Position numbers and translations under genes: made by a program. A stretch of DNA of 64,000 nt from an uncultured Verrucomicrobiae bacterium (GTDB lineage: Bacteria > Chlamydiota > Chlamydiia > Chlamydiales > Rhabdochlamydiaceae), in assembly GCA_963731265.1 (NCBI GenBank), contig CAVSUE010000001.1, positions 1 through 64,000 of the forward strand, read 5' to 3'. The notes under the pieces were generated by a model that had not been told where the DNA came from, made no database searches, and saw only the letters and a list, made by a program, of their open reading frames with translations. Positions 8,401 to 18,915 of this stretch are shown here, in pieces (the stretch's first letter is position 1; the number at the start of each line of letters is the position of its first letter).

Positions 8401-11400
8401 ATGCTTCAATTTTCCAAAATTCAGAATATCAAATGGGCCTTCGTTTGTTTTTTTGCCCTCTCTGCTTTCTTTCCTTTAGTCCAGGCAGCCATCCCGTCTT
8501 CATGCCCTAATCCCAGCGAGACGACAGGGTATTTAGGGAACTTGGGCACAACTTCGGGAAATTGCCAAACCCTCCCTCTTCCGCCGCTTGACGCTTTTGG
8601 TTCTCTTTCGGTGAATCAAAATGCTCCCTTGCAACAGGTCAACCGCTTGAATCCAAATCAGCTGCCGACGACAAATAATTTTCAGACCTTCCAAAATCCT
8701 TGCTGCATTTTCCCCACTGTTTGGGAGGCAACGGGTACTTTTGCTGTGAGTGCAGGAGCGGGGAGTAATTTAATGCGATGCGGTCCGTTCATGGTCGCAA
8801 TGACACAGGTCGGCCCCGCTGCCCAAGCACCGCAATACAACTTTAACAATGGTGTGAATTTTGGAACGTCGATGGCACCCGTGGGCTTTCCCAACCTCGT
8901 CATCAACCCTCAGGGCACGATTTTTTTCAGCTCCGTGGAGACTAATAGTACAAGCAGTTACTTTACTGTCTCTACTAATATCGTCAACGCTCAAACCTGT
9001 CTTGTCACTTATACTCCCCCCGCGCCTTACTCTGGGGAGATTATCGATTACAATGTAATTGGGAATATTTTCCACGATGTCTATTACAATGGGATGACTC
9101 CTGCCTTAGCCACCAGCAATCCGATATTGTCAGATGGTACAGGTGTGATATTGACGGTGAGTACTGACGGCATAACTCAAGGCCCTCTTCAATCAGTCCC
9201 GTTCGGAGGCACTATAACAGGAAAAGCGTTTCAGTTTTTTACAGTCAGAAATACGGGGTTGGGAGTTTCTTCTTACATTCTTTACGCCGTCGATAGTGAC
9301 GATAATGGGATCACATTTAGAGTCAGCACGAATGGGGCCGATCCGTTTTTCTTTACAGCCCTTAGTTCTTATACAGGTTTTCTCCGATTGGCGGCCCTCT
9401 CGACAAACGATCCAACTCCAATGGTGCCGGCGCCCCCATCGCCCCCTGCCGTTTGGACACAAGGGACTTATTTCATGCCGGAAAATATCAATGACGCTTC
9501 TGACTCTTCTCTAAACCCCCCCGCAACGTGCAGTGGCAGATACATTGCTAATTGTCCTATCGAACAAATCGGGTGTTGCGTAATCCCCGGCGAACCCAAT
9601 TGGTGGAAAATAGTACAGGTCGATGCGATTGCCCCGACAGGGATGAGCTTTTGGATACAGTTCCCGACAAACGGGGTAAATCTACCACCTCCACCGCCTC
9701 CGTTGCCACCACCTCACTGGGCAGAATTATTCACATCCCTATCGAAAAAAGTCATTAATGGCCCTTGGTTGAATACCACAGGAACCGCCCAATACCCGAC
9801 TTCCCAAGCTATGTCCATTATCCTGCCGGTTATTGCGATAGTGGATCCGGTCCAGGCGGGCAGTTGGTACACGGACTTCTTCAATCTTCGGACAAATCCT
9901 TCTCCTCCGCCCCCTCCGCCCCCTTCTCCTCCCTACACCGATGGAAGTGATTTTTCGACCAACTTTTTTCTTGTGCAATTCGACATGTTCATGGCACAGA
10001 ATTTAGCCTCTCAGGTTCAGGCGTTTCAAGCTGCTTCCCGAACTTTGCCGAGTTATACGATTACATCTCCCGTGAATAACGTGAATGTTTACTTGGCGCA
10101 TCGTCTCAGTATTCCCATCCAGGCGGATATCACGACGACTGCTAATACGATGGAATGGACATATACGCTTTCCCCCAATCTCCCTGCGGGGACCCCGAAT
10201 AACACATTGGTCTGTTTTCCTTTTTGGAAATATTTGCAAGGCACAACGCCCGGTGTGGTCAATACGATTCCAGGAGGAGGGCAGCCTCTGCAAAACTTCA
10301 TTTATAATGATACCATTAAAGGGACGCTTTACGCTGCGGAATGCAGCAGTGCCTCCAACTCTGTGACATTTTTAGAAGGGGGGGTACCGCCGTGGTATAG
10401 CCCCACGATTCCATTCGGTCTCTTCATTCCCGCCGACCTGACATTCACTCCAACGCAGATGAGTGCACTTGGTGCGGCATTGACTCAAATCGGCCAGCAA
10501 GTTGTCCCCCTCCCTTATTTTCCCGAAAATTTTCTCGACGCTGCCTACAACGGCGGGAAGACTTGTTATATGCTCGCTAAAACGGGACTTTATATTGCTT
10601 ACTATTTGAAACAAGTGACGCCTGCCATGTCCGACGCGCAAATTAAGGCCGCGACTCAGGCTTATATCGACAATGCTAAGAGCTGCCTAACAGCGTATCT
10701 TGTGGGAAGAACGCCGGGCTCCTCATTTTTTGTGGCCGATCAGACAGCTGGGGGAATTTGTGTCAATGGGGCGGGCGGAGATGGCACGTATGCTAATGGT
10801 CCCAACTTACAGCAAAGTGTCGACAGCGGGGTCGATTTTGGAAATTACGTTTATAACGATCATCATTTTTTTGCTGGGTATTTTCTCCTCGCTGCAGCGA
10901 TGGTAACGGAGTGGGATATTCTTTATAATTCGGGGTCGTTGTGGATCGATATTGGTGTTATGGGAGCAGACTCGCAAATGTATACAATTCGAAACATGGT
11001 CGACTTTCTCTGGAGAGATACCCATAATCCATTCACAAATAATCCTGCAGACCCAAGCGGCATTTATGATCCTGATCTTCCGTATGATCGGAATGGCTTC
11101 CCATGGGAAGGACATAGCATCGCGAACGGTCTGCAGTACCAGCCGAACTCCCTGGGAAGAAATCAGGAAAGCATCTCCGAAGATTTCAATTCGTGGCTGG
11201 GAATGAACGCGTATGCAAATCTCGTCCTGCAGGCTGCAGCATTAACAGGTTTAGAAATAACAACCTATCAAACTGTAGCCGATTTTAGCCTGATGAATTT
11301 GAAGATGACAGCAAGCTCGGGAATTCAATGGTATAAAAATCCGGCATATTGGATTGGACAGAATTTGTGGACCACCGATCCGACTTACTTGAGACCAGCG

Positions 11401-11484
11401 ATTTACATTGGGCAGTTCACGCAAACAACAGTCACAAATGGAGAAGTCAACGACAGCTCGGCTCAGAACCAGACCTACTTTTAG
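8401..11484 (+). CDS. secreted glycoside hydrolase family 81 (endo-beta-1,3-glucanase)-like protein with Pro-rich inserts
   Basis: Signal peptide; DFGNYVYNDHHFFAGY, WEGHSIANG and GRNQESISED match the GH81 catalytic Asp/Glu/Glu motifs. Confidence 0.8.
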   Translation: MLQFSKIQNIKWAFVCFFALSAFFPLVQAAIPSSCPNPSETTGYLGNLGTTSGNCQTLPLPPLDAFGSLSVNQNAPLQQVNRLNPNQLPTTNNFQTFQNPCCIFPTVWEATGTFAVSAGAGSNLMRCGPFMVAMTQVGPAAQAPQYNFNNGVNFGTSMAPVGFPNLVINPQGTIFFSSVETNSTSSYFTVSTNIVNAQTCLVTYTPPAPYSGEIIDYNVIGNIFHDVYYNGMTPALATSNPILSDGTGVILTVSTDGITQGPLQSVPFGGTITGKAFQFFTVRNTGLGVSSYILYAVDSDDNGITFRVSTNGADPFFFTALSSYTGFLRLAALSTNDPTPMVPAPPSPPAVWTQGTYFMPENINDASDSSLNPPATCSGRYIANCPIEQIGCCVIPGEPNWWKIVQVDAIAPTGMSFWIQFPTNGVNLPPPPPPLPPPHWAELFTSLSKKVINGPWLNTTGTAQYPTSQAMSIILPVIAIVDPVQAGSWYTDFFNLRTNPSPPPPPPPSPPYTDGSDFSTNFFLVQFDMFMAQNLASQVQAFQAASRTLPSYTITSPVNNVNVYLAHRLSIPIQADITTTANTMEWTYTLSPNLPAGTPNNTLVCFPFWKYLQGTTPGVVNTIPGGGQPLQNFIYNDTIKGTLYAAECSSASNSVTFLEGGVPPWYSPTIPFGLFIPADLTFTPTQMSALGAALTQIGQQVVPLPYFPENFLDAAYNGGKTCYMLAKTGLYIAYYLKQVTPAMSDAQIKAATQAYIDNAKSCLTAYLVGRTPGSSFFVADQTAGGICVNGAGGDGTYANGPNLQQSVDSGVDFGNYVYNDHHFFAGYFLLAAAMVTEWDILYNSGSLWIDIGVMGADSQMYTIRNMVDFLWRDTHNPFTNNPADPSGIYDPDLPYDRNGFPWEGHSIANGLQYQPNSLGRNQESISEDFNSWLGMNAYANLVLQAAALTGLEITTYQTVADFSLMNLKMTASSGIQWYKNPAYWIGQNLWTTDPTYLRPAIYIGQFTQTTVTNGEVNDSSAQNQTYF

Positions 11485-11517
11485 CGAATGAACCCGGGCT
11501 TTTTAGACCGGGATCAC

Positions 11518-13617
11518 CTACTCACCGCAGGGCACGATGTTCACATTGCCAGAAACGGTCACGTTTTCAGCGACGTTGTTCGAGAGATCATTGAGGTTGA
11601 TGACAGAAGAGCCTCCGACAGTGGAGATATTCAAGTCGGTTGTTCCTGAAGCCGCCTGTGAATGGATCTGATTGTCTGAGACCGTAGCGCACAAGTTTCC
11701 TCTAGAGAAAAGATTCATTCCCACAGAGCCCGTTCCGCTTCCTGTGTAGACTGTGTTGTTGGTGACAACCGCTTTAAAGTTTGCGCCCGTTGGGAAATTA
11801 ATTTGCGCAGTGATGCCAAATTGTTGGGGTGTGGTTGTCGGCGTCAAAACTGTATTGCCGTCGATGATGAGATTACCGCTATCTGGCGCGTTGTTGACAC
11901 TGGCAACAATAGCTCCTTGGTCTGTCGAGCCTATTGTTCCCATGATGTTGCCAGCGTTGTCCAAGACAGTATTTTTCAGGATCTGTACGGTGGAATCGGG
12001 CATTCCGGTAGGATAAAAGATGCCGCGCAAACCAAAATTAGAAATGCTGTTGCAGGCGATTACTGCCTGCGCGGATGCAGTCGTTGGGTTTGTATTTGGC
12101 CCGAAAAAGATCCCTGTGCTTTTGAATCCGGAGATTGTATTATCAGAAATATTCGCATCCATAAATGTCCCATAGACGACACCAACAGCTATGCCTAGAT
12201 TCAATGCTTTTGATACAGAATTGATCAACTGATTATATTTCACATCCACACCCCCCTGCCCGGCAATCCTAATGCCTGAATAATCCACACTTCCAAAGAA
12301 AGAGTTGTTGTTGATGTCTGCTCCAATGATCCCTGAAGAGCCGTCGATGCCGTAAAAGCCCGCTGACCTGACCATGATCTGAAATCCGGAGACTTCGTTA
12401 CCATTCGCAAGTGTCACCACACTCCCTGGCGTATTGGTAATGACCGGAGAGCTGCCAGAAAAGGCAGGAATCTTAATGTTTCCTTTTGTTGTCGAAATTG
12501 TATGAGCAATGCCTGAGCCGAATAAATCTTGATTGTTTTGCAAAGCGATTCCCATGTCCATGCCGGTCGTTGTCCCGTCCCCTGGAAAAACATAAATGAT
12601 GTCATTAGGCGCTGAAGCATATTCTGCCTCCAAAAGGGTGGGAAAAGGGCTTTCATAGGTGCCTTGGGAACTGCTCGTATTATCGACGAACCAGACCTTC
12701 CAGGGATCGCCTGTGGCTGGGTTGATCGCTTTTTGTTTGATATGTGTGCGTTTGACAACAGGAATTTCAAAACGGTAAGGAGCGAATGCCGCACGAGAAA
12801 AAGCGAGATCATTCTTAAATCGACATGACTTGTCTTTGTAGTGGAGTTTTTTGCCCAAGGGAAGATTGAGAGCGAGGGTTCCTTGCACAATGCTGCCAAA
12901 GAGATTGTCATAAGAATAGGAGGCTTCCAAAGAAATGTATTCCTTATAGCGTCCGAGAAAACGTGCTTTGCCTCCCCACGAAGAGGCATGGGCAGCGGAA
13001 AAATAATAAGGGCCAGCTCCGGCGTAGAAGTCGTATTTGGCGCTTTGAGTAATGTGCGCCCCGATTTCGGCATCGCCGCCCGTTAGCACGCGGAATTGCT
13101 TGTGTTTCAGCAAAATTTGATTTCCATGGAAAGAATCGAAGTCGTAGCCATAGCGACGGCTTCTATCAGTGCCCACAGGGAAATACCCATTCATCCGGTA
13201 TTCCATTCGTTTACCGAGCAATTCAATGCCAGGACTAACCTGCTGTGGGGTGAGACGATGGGAGTGCTGTCTCACATCATAATAAATATAATATCCTACG
13301 ACATGGTGAAGAGAAGAAAGCCATGTTCGTCCGCCAACCCCTACATTCCCTGCGAATTTCCCGTCATCGAACACATGGCCGCGAAGGTCTAAAAAGGGCA
13401 TGAATCCCGTAGAGCGATTGTAACTCCCGAAACCTTCCAGAGTCGTATACCCGTTTGAATATCCAACTCCGCGCGCCTCCGTATGACGCAGTCCAATATG
13501 CATCGCACGATAAGGCGTTTCGCATTTGACTATATCTGGAGATTGAGAGTTCTGGTCAGCGAAGCTCATGTGGGAAATCACTAAAGAAATTGGAAACACG
13601 TAATTCAAATATCTCAT
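11518..13617 (-). CDS. inverse-autotransporter beta-barrel protein with beta-helix passenger
   Basis: N-terminal barrel motifs (FLDLRGHVFDDGKFAGNVGVGGR, PGIELLG..EYRMNGYFPVG), GTYESPFPTL, then parallel beta-helix repeats. Confidence 0.75.
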   Translation of the reverse strand: MRYLNYVFPISLVISHMSFADQNSQSPDIVKCETPYRAMHIGLRHTEARGVGYSNGYTTLEGFGSYNRSTGFMPFLDLRGHVFDDGKFAGNVGVGGRTWLSSLHHVVGYYIYYDVRQHSHRLTPQQVSPGIELLGKRMEYRMNGYFPVGTDRSRRYGYDFDSFHGNQILLKHKQFRVLTGGDAEIGAHITQSAKYDFYAGAGPYYFSAAHASSWGGKARFLGRYKEYISLEASYSYDNLFGSIVQGTLALNLPLGKKLHYKDKSCRFKNDLAFSRAAFAPYRFEIPVVKRTHIKQKAINPATGDPWKVWFVDNTSSSQGTYESPFPTLLEAEYASAPNDIIYVFPGDGTTTGMDMGIALQNNQDLFGSGIAHTISTTKGNIKIPAFSGSSPVITNTPGSVVTLANGNEVSGFQIMVRSAGFYGIDGSSGIIGADINNNSFFGSVDYSGIRIAGQGGVDVKYNQLINSVSKALNLGIAVGVVYGTFMDANISDNTISGFKSTGIFFGPNTNPTTASAQAVIACNSISNFGLRGIFYPTGMPDSTVQILKNTVLDNAGNIMGTIGSTDQGAIVASVNNAPDSGNLIIDGNTVLTPTTTPQQFGITAQINFPTGANFKAVVTNNTVYTGSGTGSVGMNLFSRGNLCATVSDNQIHSQAASGTTDLNISTVGGSSVINLNDLSNNVAENVTVSGNVNIVPCGE

Positions 13618-13636
13618 TTTCCCTCAGAACTTCCGT

Positions 13637-16600
13637 TTATTTAAGCTCATCCGTAACTAGCGGAGGTATAAGCGTGTAGTTAATAAATATATTCATTGGC
13701 GTATACAAGAAAATGTCATCTTTTTGGTCCATAATTTGGTCAAAAATAAAAATATCCCCTGGATAGTAATCGATGTCCATGCCCATAGGAGACCAGACTC
13801 CCGCAAATCCTTTCCCATGAGGCCTAATTTTGTGTACCACAATGGGAGCGGGTGGCGCCGGCGGCGGCGAAGGGGGTGACGGAGGCGATGGAGGTGGTGG
13901 CGGAGATGGAGGTGGTGGCGGAGATGGAGGTGGTGGCGGAGATGGAGGTGGTGGTGGGGCGGGGGGAGGAGGCGGCGGAGGTGGAGGAGGCGGCGGAGTA
14001 ATACAATCGCCGCAAGTTAAATCTGTATAGGTACCTGAGGGGGGGCCATCGAGGAAGTAAACGCAAAACTGATTGTGGATGGCTACAGTATCGGTCGCAG
14101 TGACGGATTCATCAAAAGTAATGTTACCCGATCCTGCATTGTAAAGGTCTATACCTGATGCCGAGACTGCGCCCGATATGTTGAGATCCTGGGCATAATC
14201 GACGACTAAATAACTCAGATCGGTCAAACTGGTGAGGTAGACTGTGCTTGCAGTGGAGCCGTCAATCCCTAATAAATTGTTGGGGGTGGGAAGCGGGCCG
14301 CTCTGAATTGCAGTCGAGAATATGTCGCCGCCCCTTAGAATGACGCCATTAAACCCAAGCGTCAAAGGTCCTGTGAGGGTAATGTCTCCCGGGGAGTCCG
14401 CTCCCGCTGCATTCAAATTCTGTGCAGGGAAAACGAGTGTGGGCAGATCTTGGGCTCCTCCCCCCATTCCAGCTCCGCCGGTAGCGAAAATAGGGCCGCG
14501 CAAAGCGGTTCCAGTAGCGGATTCGATATAAACATTTCCTCCCCCTCCCCCTGTTCCGGAAGTTCCTGGGAAAGCAGGGGTTCCCCCTGCATAGATTCCG
14601 AGCAAATTGATGGAGTTTGCATTTGAGATTAAAGTAACGTCTCCTCCTGACAATCCATTAGGAGCATTCGGATTGTTTGCTGTTGCAACCGAATTCAATT
14701 GCCGGCCTCCCGTAGTCGTAATCACGGATTTAATGACCACATTTTGACCTGCGGCAGGGACCAAGGCGCTCGTCAAAGGATTGGGATTTGGAGATGGCGG
14801 AGGGGCAGGAGGAGGCGGCGGAGGACCGAGGGGGGTCTGGACCAGGTAATAAAAATTAATGGCTCCGTCAGTCTCAATAAAGACAGGACCCCCATCAACA
14901 GGTGGAGATGGCGGCATCATCGCCATTTGGGCAACGGGTGCGCCAGAAGTGATCAACGGTCCATAAAATGAGGTGGTCCCTGTTCCGGCGCCCTGTGTGA
15001 AAGAACGGACGCGCATGTAATGGTAGGCTAGAGTAGGATTGTTTTGGAATTGAAGGGTGACGTTGTTAGCGGTTTCAATGAACAGATCTCCGATGGGAGA
15101 TACTCCGACTGAATTATTAAAAAGAATATTTCCCGCAGCCCTTAATGTGAGATTTCGATTTGAAGAGTTCGTATCGCTATTGACAAATCCGTCGTAGGTG
15201 ATATTGCCTCCGCTCGATGAGGTGAAGGAATTTCCATGCAGCGTAACCGAGGCGGAATTAAAATCGATGTCTCCAGTGGTTTTAATATCGGAAAAAACTT
15301 GAACGTCCTGTCCAGTGGCGTTCACCGTTAAAGTTCCTAAAGGCTGGGAATCCCCGACTGCTCCACCGAAAATCACCCCTGCCGAGCCAGAAACGTCGAT
15401 CGTCAGGTTTTGATTAGTCGAAGGAGCGCTATCGACGGTGTTATTAAAATTGACCGTTGCTGTCATCGAACTAAGTGTCGTAGTCCCTTTAAGCTGAACA
15501 GCTCCCGAGAACGTTAAACCTCCCGTAGCACTAAAAGAACCATTGAGAAAGATTGTCCCTAAATTATTAGGAGCGGCGGCGCCGTTGACCGAGCTCAGCA
15601 AAACGGAAACATTAGGATTAGTAATATTTACAGTTGCAGGTGTGGTTCCTTGATTATCTCCTAATGCGATGAAGGTGTCGTTCATCGTGCTGGCATTTGC
15701 TCCGATGATGATCGTTGTCGGCCCGGTGACACTCTCTAAACAGCTAGCTGTTACAATATAGTTAGTTATGCCCAGGCAAGCTGGTGCAGGGGTAGCGCAT
15801 GCACACCCGTCATTGAGAGAAGGAATAGTGGGGGCCATAGCCGTGCAAGTCAGAGTCATCGGAGTGTTATTCGCTGCGGTCGAGCTAATGGTCACGCTGC
15901 AGGGGTCGAGATCCCATTGGCCACCTTTACCATCGGTGGCGGATGCATCGATGCGTCCAGTAATGGCGCGGAAGAGATTTCCACTGGATGTTTCGATATA
16001 TCCTCCGTTGCCTTCGATCGCTCCGCCGCGAGAGAATAATTTTGCATCAAAAATTGTCGCTTTTTCAGCCCAGAGGATGATTTCCCCCCCATCGCCTCTA
16101 ATGATTGCATCGGTATGGATGGAGGTTTGTTCATCGCAAGCTGTGTACTGGGCAGTTGGATATAGCCCATCTCCGTGCTTGCCTCCTCCAACTAAAACTT
16201 TTCCGCCGCCAAACGGCCCCGAGGCGTTAATAGCAGCCCTTTCAAGAGAAATGACTTCGCCTTGAATCCAAACCTCTCCTCCTTTGGCAAACTCGGCAGA
16301 TTGACTCGCGTCCAAATTGCCGCCGACGATGACCAAACTGTCTTTTTCACCGTAAAGGTGGATGTGTTTCGCTTTGGACACGCCTGCATGAAATAGGAGA
16401 TGGGATTCAGGGGAACCCGATTCTAAAAAGCAGGGATCGGCTGCGATGGCCTCTTTTTCGCACTTCACGAATAAATGGCTCTCTTCGTGCCCCAAATAGA
16501 TGCTGTCTGCTGTTGCCAAAACAATCTGTCCCTCCTCGGCCAATATGTTGCCGTTATGAAGGATCGATTTGCCGATTAGGGCGATCTGCTCTCCCACCAA

Positions 16601-17068
16601 TGTTCCATAGAGCTCGATATTGCCTTTCACATCGAAAAAACGATCGATGTGAGCAAGAAAATCGGCGTCGCTCAAATGCCCGGCAGCGGCATAGAGTGCA
16701 GAAACGTTGACGACGGAATCAGGCCCGAACATGATCCCCGCGGGATTCATGAGGTAGACGATGCCATTCGAGAAGATCTTCCCATCGATGTGGCTGGCAA
16801 TATCGCCGTTGACGCGATTGAGGATGCGATGGGAAGCTTCCCCCATTTGAAACCGCACCGTTTCATCGCTTTTCACGTCAAAGTGGCGGTAATTGAGGAT
16901 CGCTTGATCGGAGGCTTGGATGAGTAGCTCATTGCCGGCGGACGACACATGAGCCGTGCCATGGGCCACGTCATGGACTTGGGGCAATGCAACCATGTGC
17001 GATGCAGCGCTTAGCATGGGGAGGGAAAAAACTAATCTCCAAAATCCTTTCTGCATCCTCTTCCTCAT
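13637..17068 (-). CDS. TpsA filamentous-haemagglutinin-family exoprotein with polyproline tracts
   Basis: TPS secretion domain (ILNRVNGDIASHIDGKIFSNGIVYLMNPAGI), GGEIILWA/GGYIETS/GQWDLDP repeats, and Pro tracts. Confidence 0.85.
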   Translation of the reverse strand: MRKRMQKGFWRLVFSLPMLSAASHMVALPQVHDVAHGTAHVSSAGNELLIQASDQAILNYRHFDVKSDETVRFQMGEASHRILNRVNGDIASHIDGKIFSNGIVYLMNPAGIMFGPDSVVNVSALYAAAGHLSDADFLAHIDRFFDVKGNIELYGTLVGEQIALIGKSILHNGNILAEEGQIVLATADSIYLGHEESHLFVKCEKEAIAADPCFLESGSPESHLLFHAGVSKAKHIHLYGEKDSLVIVGGNLDASQSAEFAKGGEVWIQGEVISLERAAINASGPFGGGKVLVGGGKHGDGLYPTAQYTACDEQTSIHTDAIIRGDGGEIILWAEKATIFDAKLFSRGGAIEGNGGYIETSSGNLFRAITGRIDASATDGKGGQWDLDPCSVTISSTAANNTPMTLTCTAMAPTIPSLNDGCACATPAPACLGITNYIVTASCLESVTGPTTIIIGANASTMNDTFIALGDNQGTTPATVNITNPNVSVLLSSVNGAAAPNNLGTIFLNGSFSATGGLTFSGAVQLKGTTTLSSMTATVNFNNTVDSAPSTNQNLTIDVSGSAGVIFGGAVGDSQPLGTLTVNATGQDVQVFSDIKTTGDIDFNSASVTLHGNSFTSSSGGNITYDGFVNSDTNSSNRNLTLRAAGNILFNNSVGVSPIGDLFIETANNVTLQFQNNPTLAYHYMRVRSFTQGAGTGTTSFYGPLITSGAPVAQMAMMPPSPPVDGGPVFIETDGAINFYYLVQTPLGPPPPPPAPPPSPNPNPLTSALVPAAGQNVVIKSVITTTGGRQLNSVATANNPNAPNGLSGGDVTLISNANSINLLGIYAGGTPAFPGTSGTGGGGGNVYIESATGTALRGPIFATGGAGMGGGAQDLPTLVFPAQNLNAAGADSPGDITLTGPLTLGFNGVILRGGDIFSTAIQSGPLPTPNNLLGIDGSTASTVYLTSLTDLSYLVVDYAQDLNISGAVSASGIDLYNAGSGNITFDESVTATDTVAIHNQFCVYFLDGPPSGTYTDLTCGDCITPPPPPPPPPPPPAPPPPPSPPPPPSPPPPPSPPPPPSPPSPPSPPPAPPAPIVVHKIRPHGKGFAGVWSPMGMDIDYYPGDIFIFDQIMDQKDDIFLYTPMNIFINYTLIPPLVTDELK
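13846..13999 (-). repeat. polyproline/SPPPPP-encoding tandem repeat inside TpsA
   Basis: 18-bp unit gatggaggtggtggcgga repeated three times from 13887, plus degenerate flanking units. Confidence 0.9.
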
Positions 17069-18882
17069 TAAAAGATAATCGTCGCAGAACCATAATACTG
17101 ATTATGGTTCTTTTTGATGCCGTTCGCAGCCCGCAGAGCATGTCCGCCATCTGCTCGGATAAACACATTATGCCATATCACGAGCTCTAAACCCACTCCA
17201 ACTCCCATGAGAAGGTGGTCTTTTTCGAATGAACGTCTTTGGTTCACCGTGGTTTCTCCGACATCGTAAAACGCTCTAAAAATCAGATCCCAGTCGGCTT
17301 GCCCTTTGGGTTTGTCGGGCACCCATCTAAATTTATTTGTACACGCGCGGGGATTTGGTTTAAAGGCCTGAGGCAAATGGAAGCGATATTCTAAGGAGCC
17401 CATGTAAAGATTATCTCCCGCGACAGTGGATTGGGGATAACCGCGGATGGTATAAAGCCCTCCCAATATTCCTTCCAATTCGGGGATGAGCCGTTGATTG
17501 AAGGCATTTTGCAGCTGTGAAACAAAGACGATCTCATTGGCAAGACGCTGCACTTTTTGACTGTCGTGGAACAAACTCTCAAGATAAAAACTTCCATACA
17601 AACCGGCTTGGACGATGGCCCAATTCGTGCTTAAACCCCGTCTTCCCAAATCATTCAGATTTTTTTTCACATTCCAAAACAGAGAACTAATCGTGCTTTG
17701 CACAGTCAAGGAGGCGATCAGTTTTGTCTCCCGCTTGAGCTGTATGAGTTTTAGCCCGACTTCCGGAAGAAGGAAATTCTTCGTCGCTGAAGAAAAAAGG
17801 AAATGCCCTCGATTGTGAATATGGCGATATTCCATCTGTCCGACAAAATCCAAAAACAGTTTCCCCCATTGGGCAATGTTGGTAATGAACTCCAAATTGC
17901 CGATTGCTTGGGTTCCCACGAACAGGTTTTGAGGGAGGGCAAATTCAGCGGACTCAAACCGAGAATAGCTTCCGAAAATTTTATAGCGTGTATCTATGGA
18001 ATTGCCGAGGGGGGCTTCGTAAGAGGCGTCGAAGGTATAATATTTGTCAAAACTGTCGCTAGCGGCATCGCATTTAAAGATGTCGTCATTCCCCGTGAAT
18101 TGCGTGTGGACAAATCCGGCGGCTTCCTGCCAACGATGAATCGGTTTTGGAACATTGTTGTTGGCATTAATGTAAAAATGCCAGGGGCGCTCTTCTGAGA
18201 CGACGAAGTTTAAGTCAACCTCTCCAGGTACGCTAGTGGGCCCGATTTCCAGATCGATTCTTCGGTCGCGATATCGATTGAGGTTGTGTAAGTAATTGTT
18301 CAAAACTGACGAGTTGACCCAGCCTCCCGGATACCCTGAAGAAGGATCGGGAAGCGAAACAGGGAGATGGTCGCAGATCTTTTTGGTGAGTTTGCCATTT
18401 TTAGAATCCACATCGATCTTAGTGACCATCGGTGTAGAGATGATAATCTTTATTGCCTTATCGCCTTCTGTTCGAACGTCGGTCCCATTTTGTGTGATCT
18501 CGGTGGTGGGAATATAAATGAATGTCCAGTTATAGCCCAACCCATGGAATTTTTGGAAAAGCGCGGATAGAACGGCAGCCAACGCATCATCGGACATCTT
18601 TTTCAACTTGGGATAGTCATTTATCCTTGCAATGGTCGTGTGAATCCGCTGAATTCCCGGGCTTTTTTTCCCGTATAAGATCCCATTTTTTTCAAATAGG
18701 GAGATCTCAACCCGCTGTAGTTTGTCGAGAGGAATCTCTTCCGGATGCGACTGAGCGTATTCCAATTCGATGTGTGAAATGGAATAAATTTTCTCAGAAG
18801 AATCAGTTTCTTCATCTGCGAAAATCAGGATGGGCAGTATAAGCGCAAATAAATAAAGGCAGGATCGGCAAAGCTTCATCAA
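17068..18882 (-). CDS. TpsB (ShlB/FhaC-family) outer-membrane transporter
   Basis: POTRA-like region, IRGYPQS (VRGY motif), FYDVG, GVGVG and a terminal Phe; translationally coupled to TpsA. Confidence 0.85.
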   Translation of the reverse strand: MMKLCRSCLYLFALILPILIFADEETDSSEKIYSISHIELEYAQSHPEEIPLDKLQRVEISLFEKNGILYGKKSPGIQRIHTTIARINDYPKLKKMSDDALAAVLSALFQKFHGLGYNWTFIYIPTTEITQNGTDVRTEGDKAIKIIISTPMVTKIDVDSKNGKLTKKICDHLPVSLPDPSSGYPGGWVNSSVLNNYLHNLNRYRDRRIDLEIGPTSVPGEVDLNFVVSEERPWHFYINANNNVPKPIHRWQEAAGFVHTQFTGNDDIFKCDAASDSFDKYYTFDASYEAPLGNSIDTRYKIFGSYSRFESAEFALPQNLFVGTQAIGNLEFITNIAQWGKLFLDFVGQMEYRHIHNRGHFLFSSATKNFLLPEVGLKLIQLKRETKLIASLTVQSTISSLFWNVKKNLNDLGRRGLSTNWAIVQAGLYGSFYLESLFHDSQKVQRLANEIVFVSQLQNAFNQRLIPELEGILGGLYTIRGYPQSTVAGDNLYMGSLEYRFHLPQAFKPNPRACTNKFRWVPDKPKGQADWDLIFRAFYDVGETTVNQRRSFEKDHLLMGVGVGLELVIWHNVFIRADGGHALRAANGIKKNHNQYYGSATIIF

Positions 18883-18915
18883 GGCCTAAAAATGAATAGT
18901 GTCTTCCCATTTACA

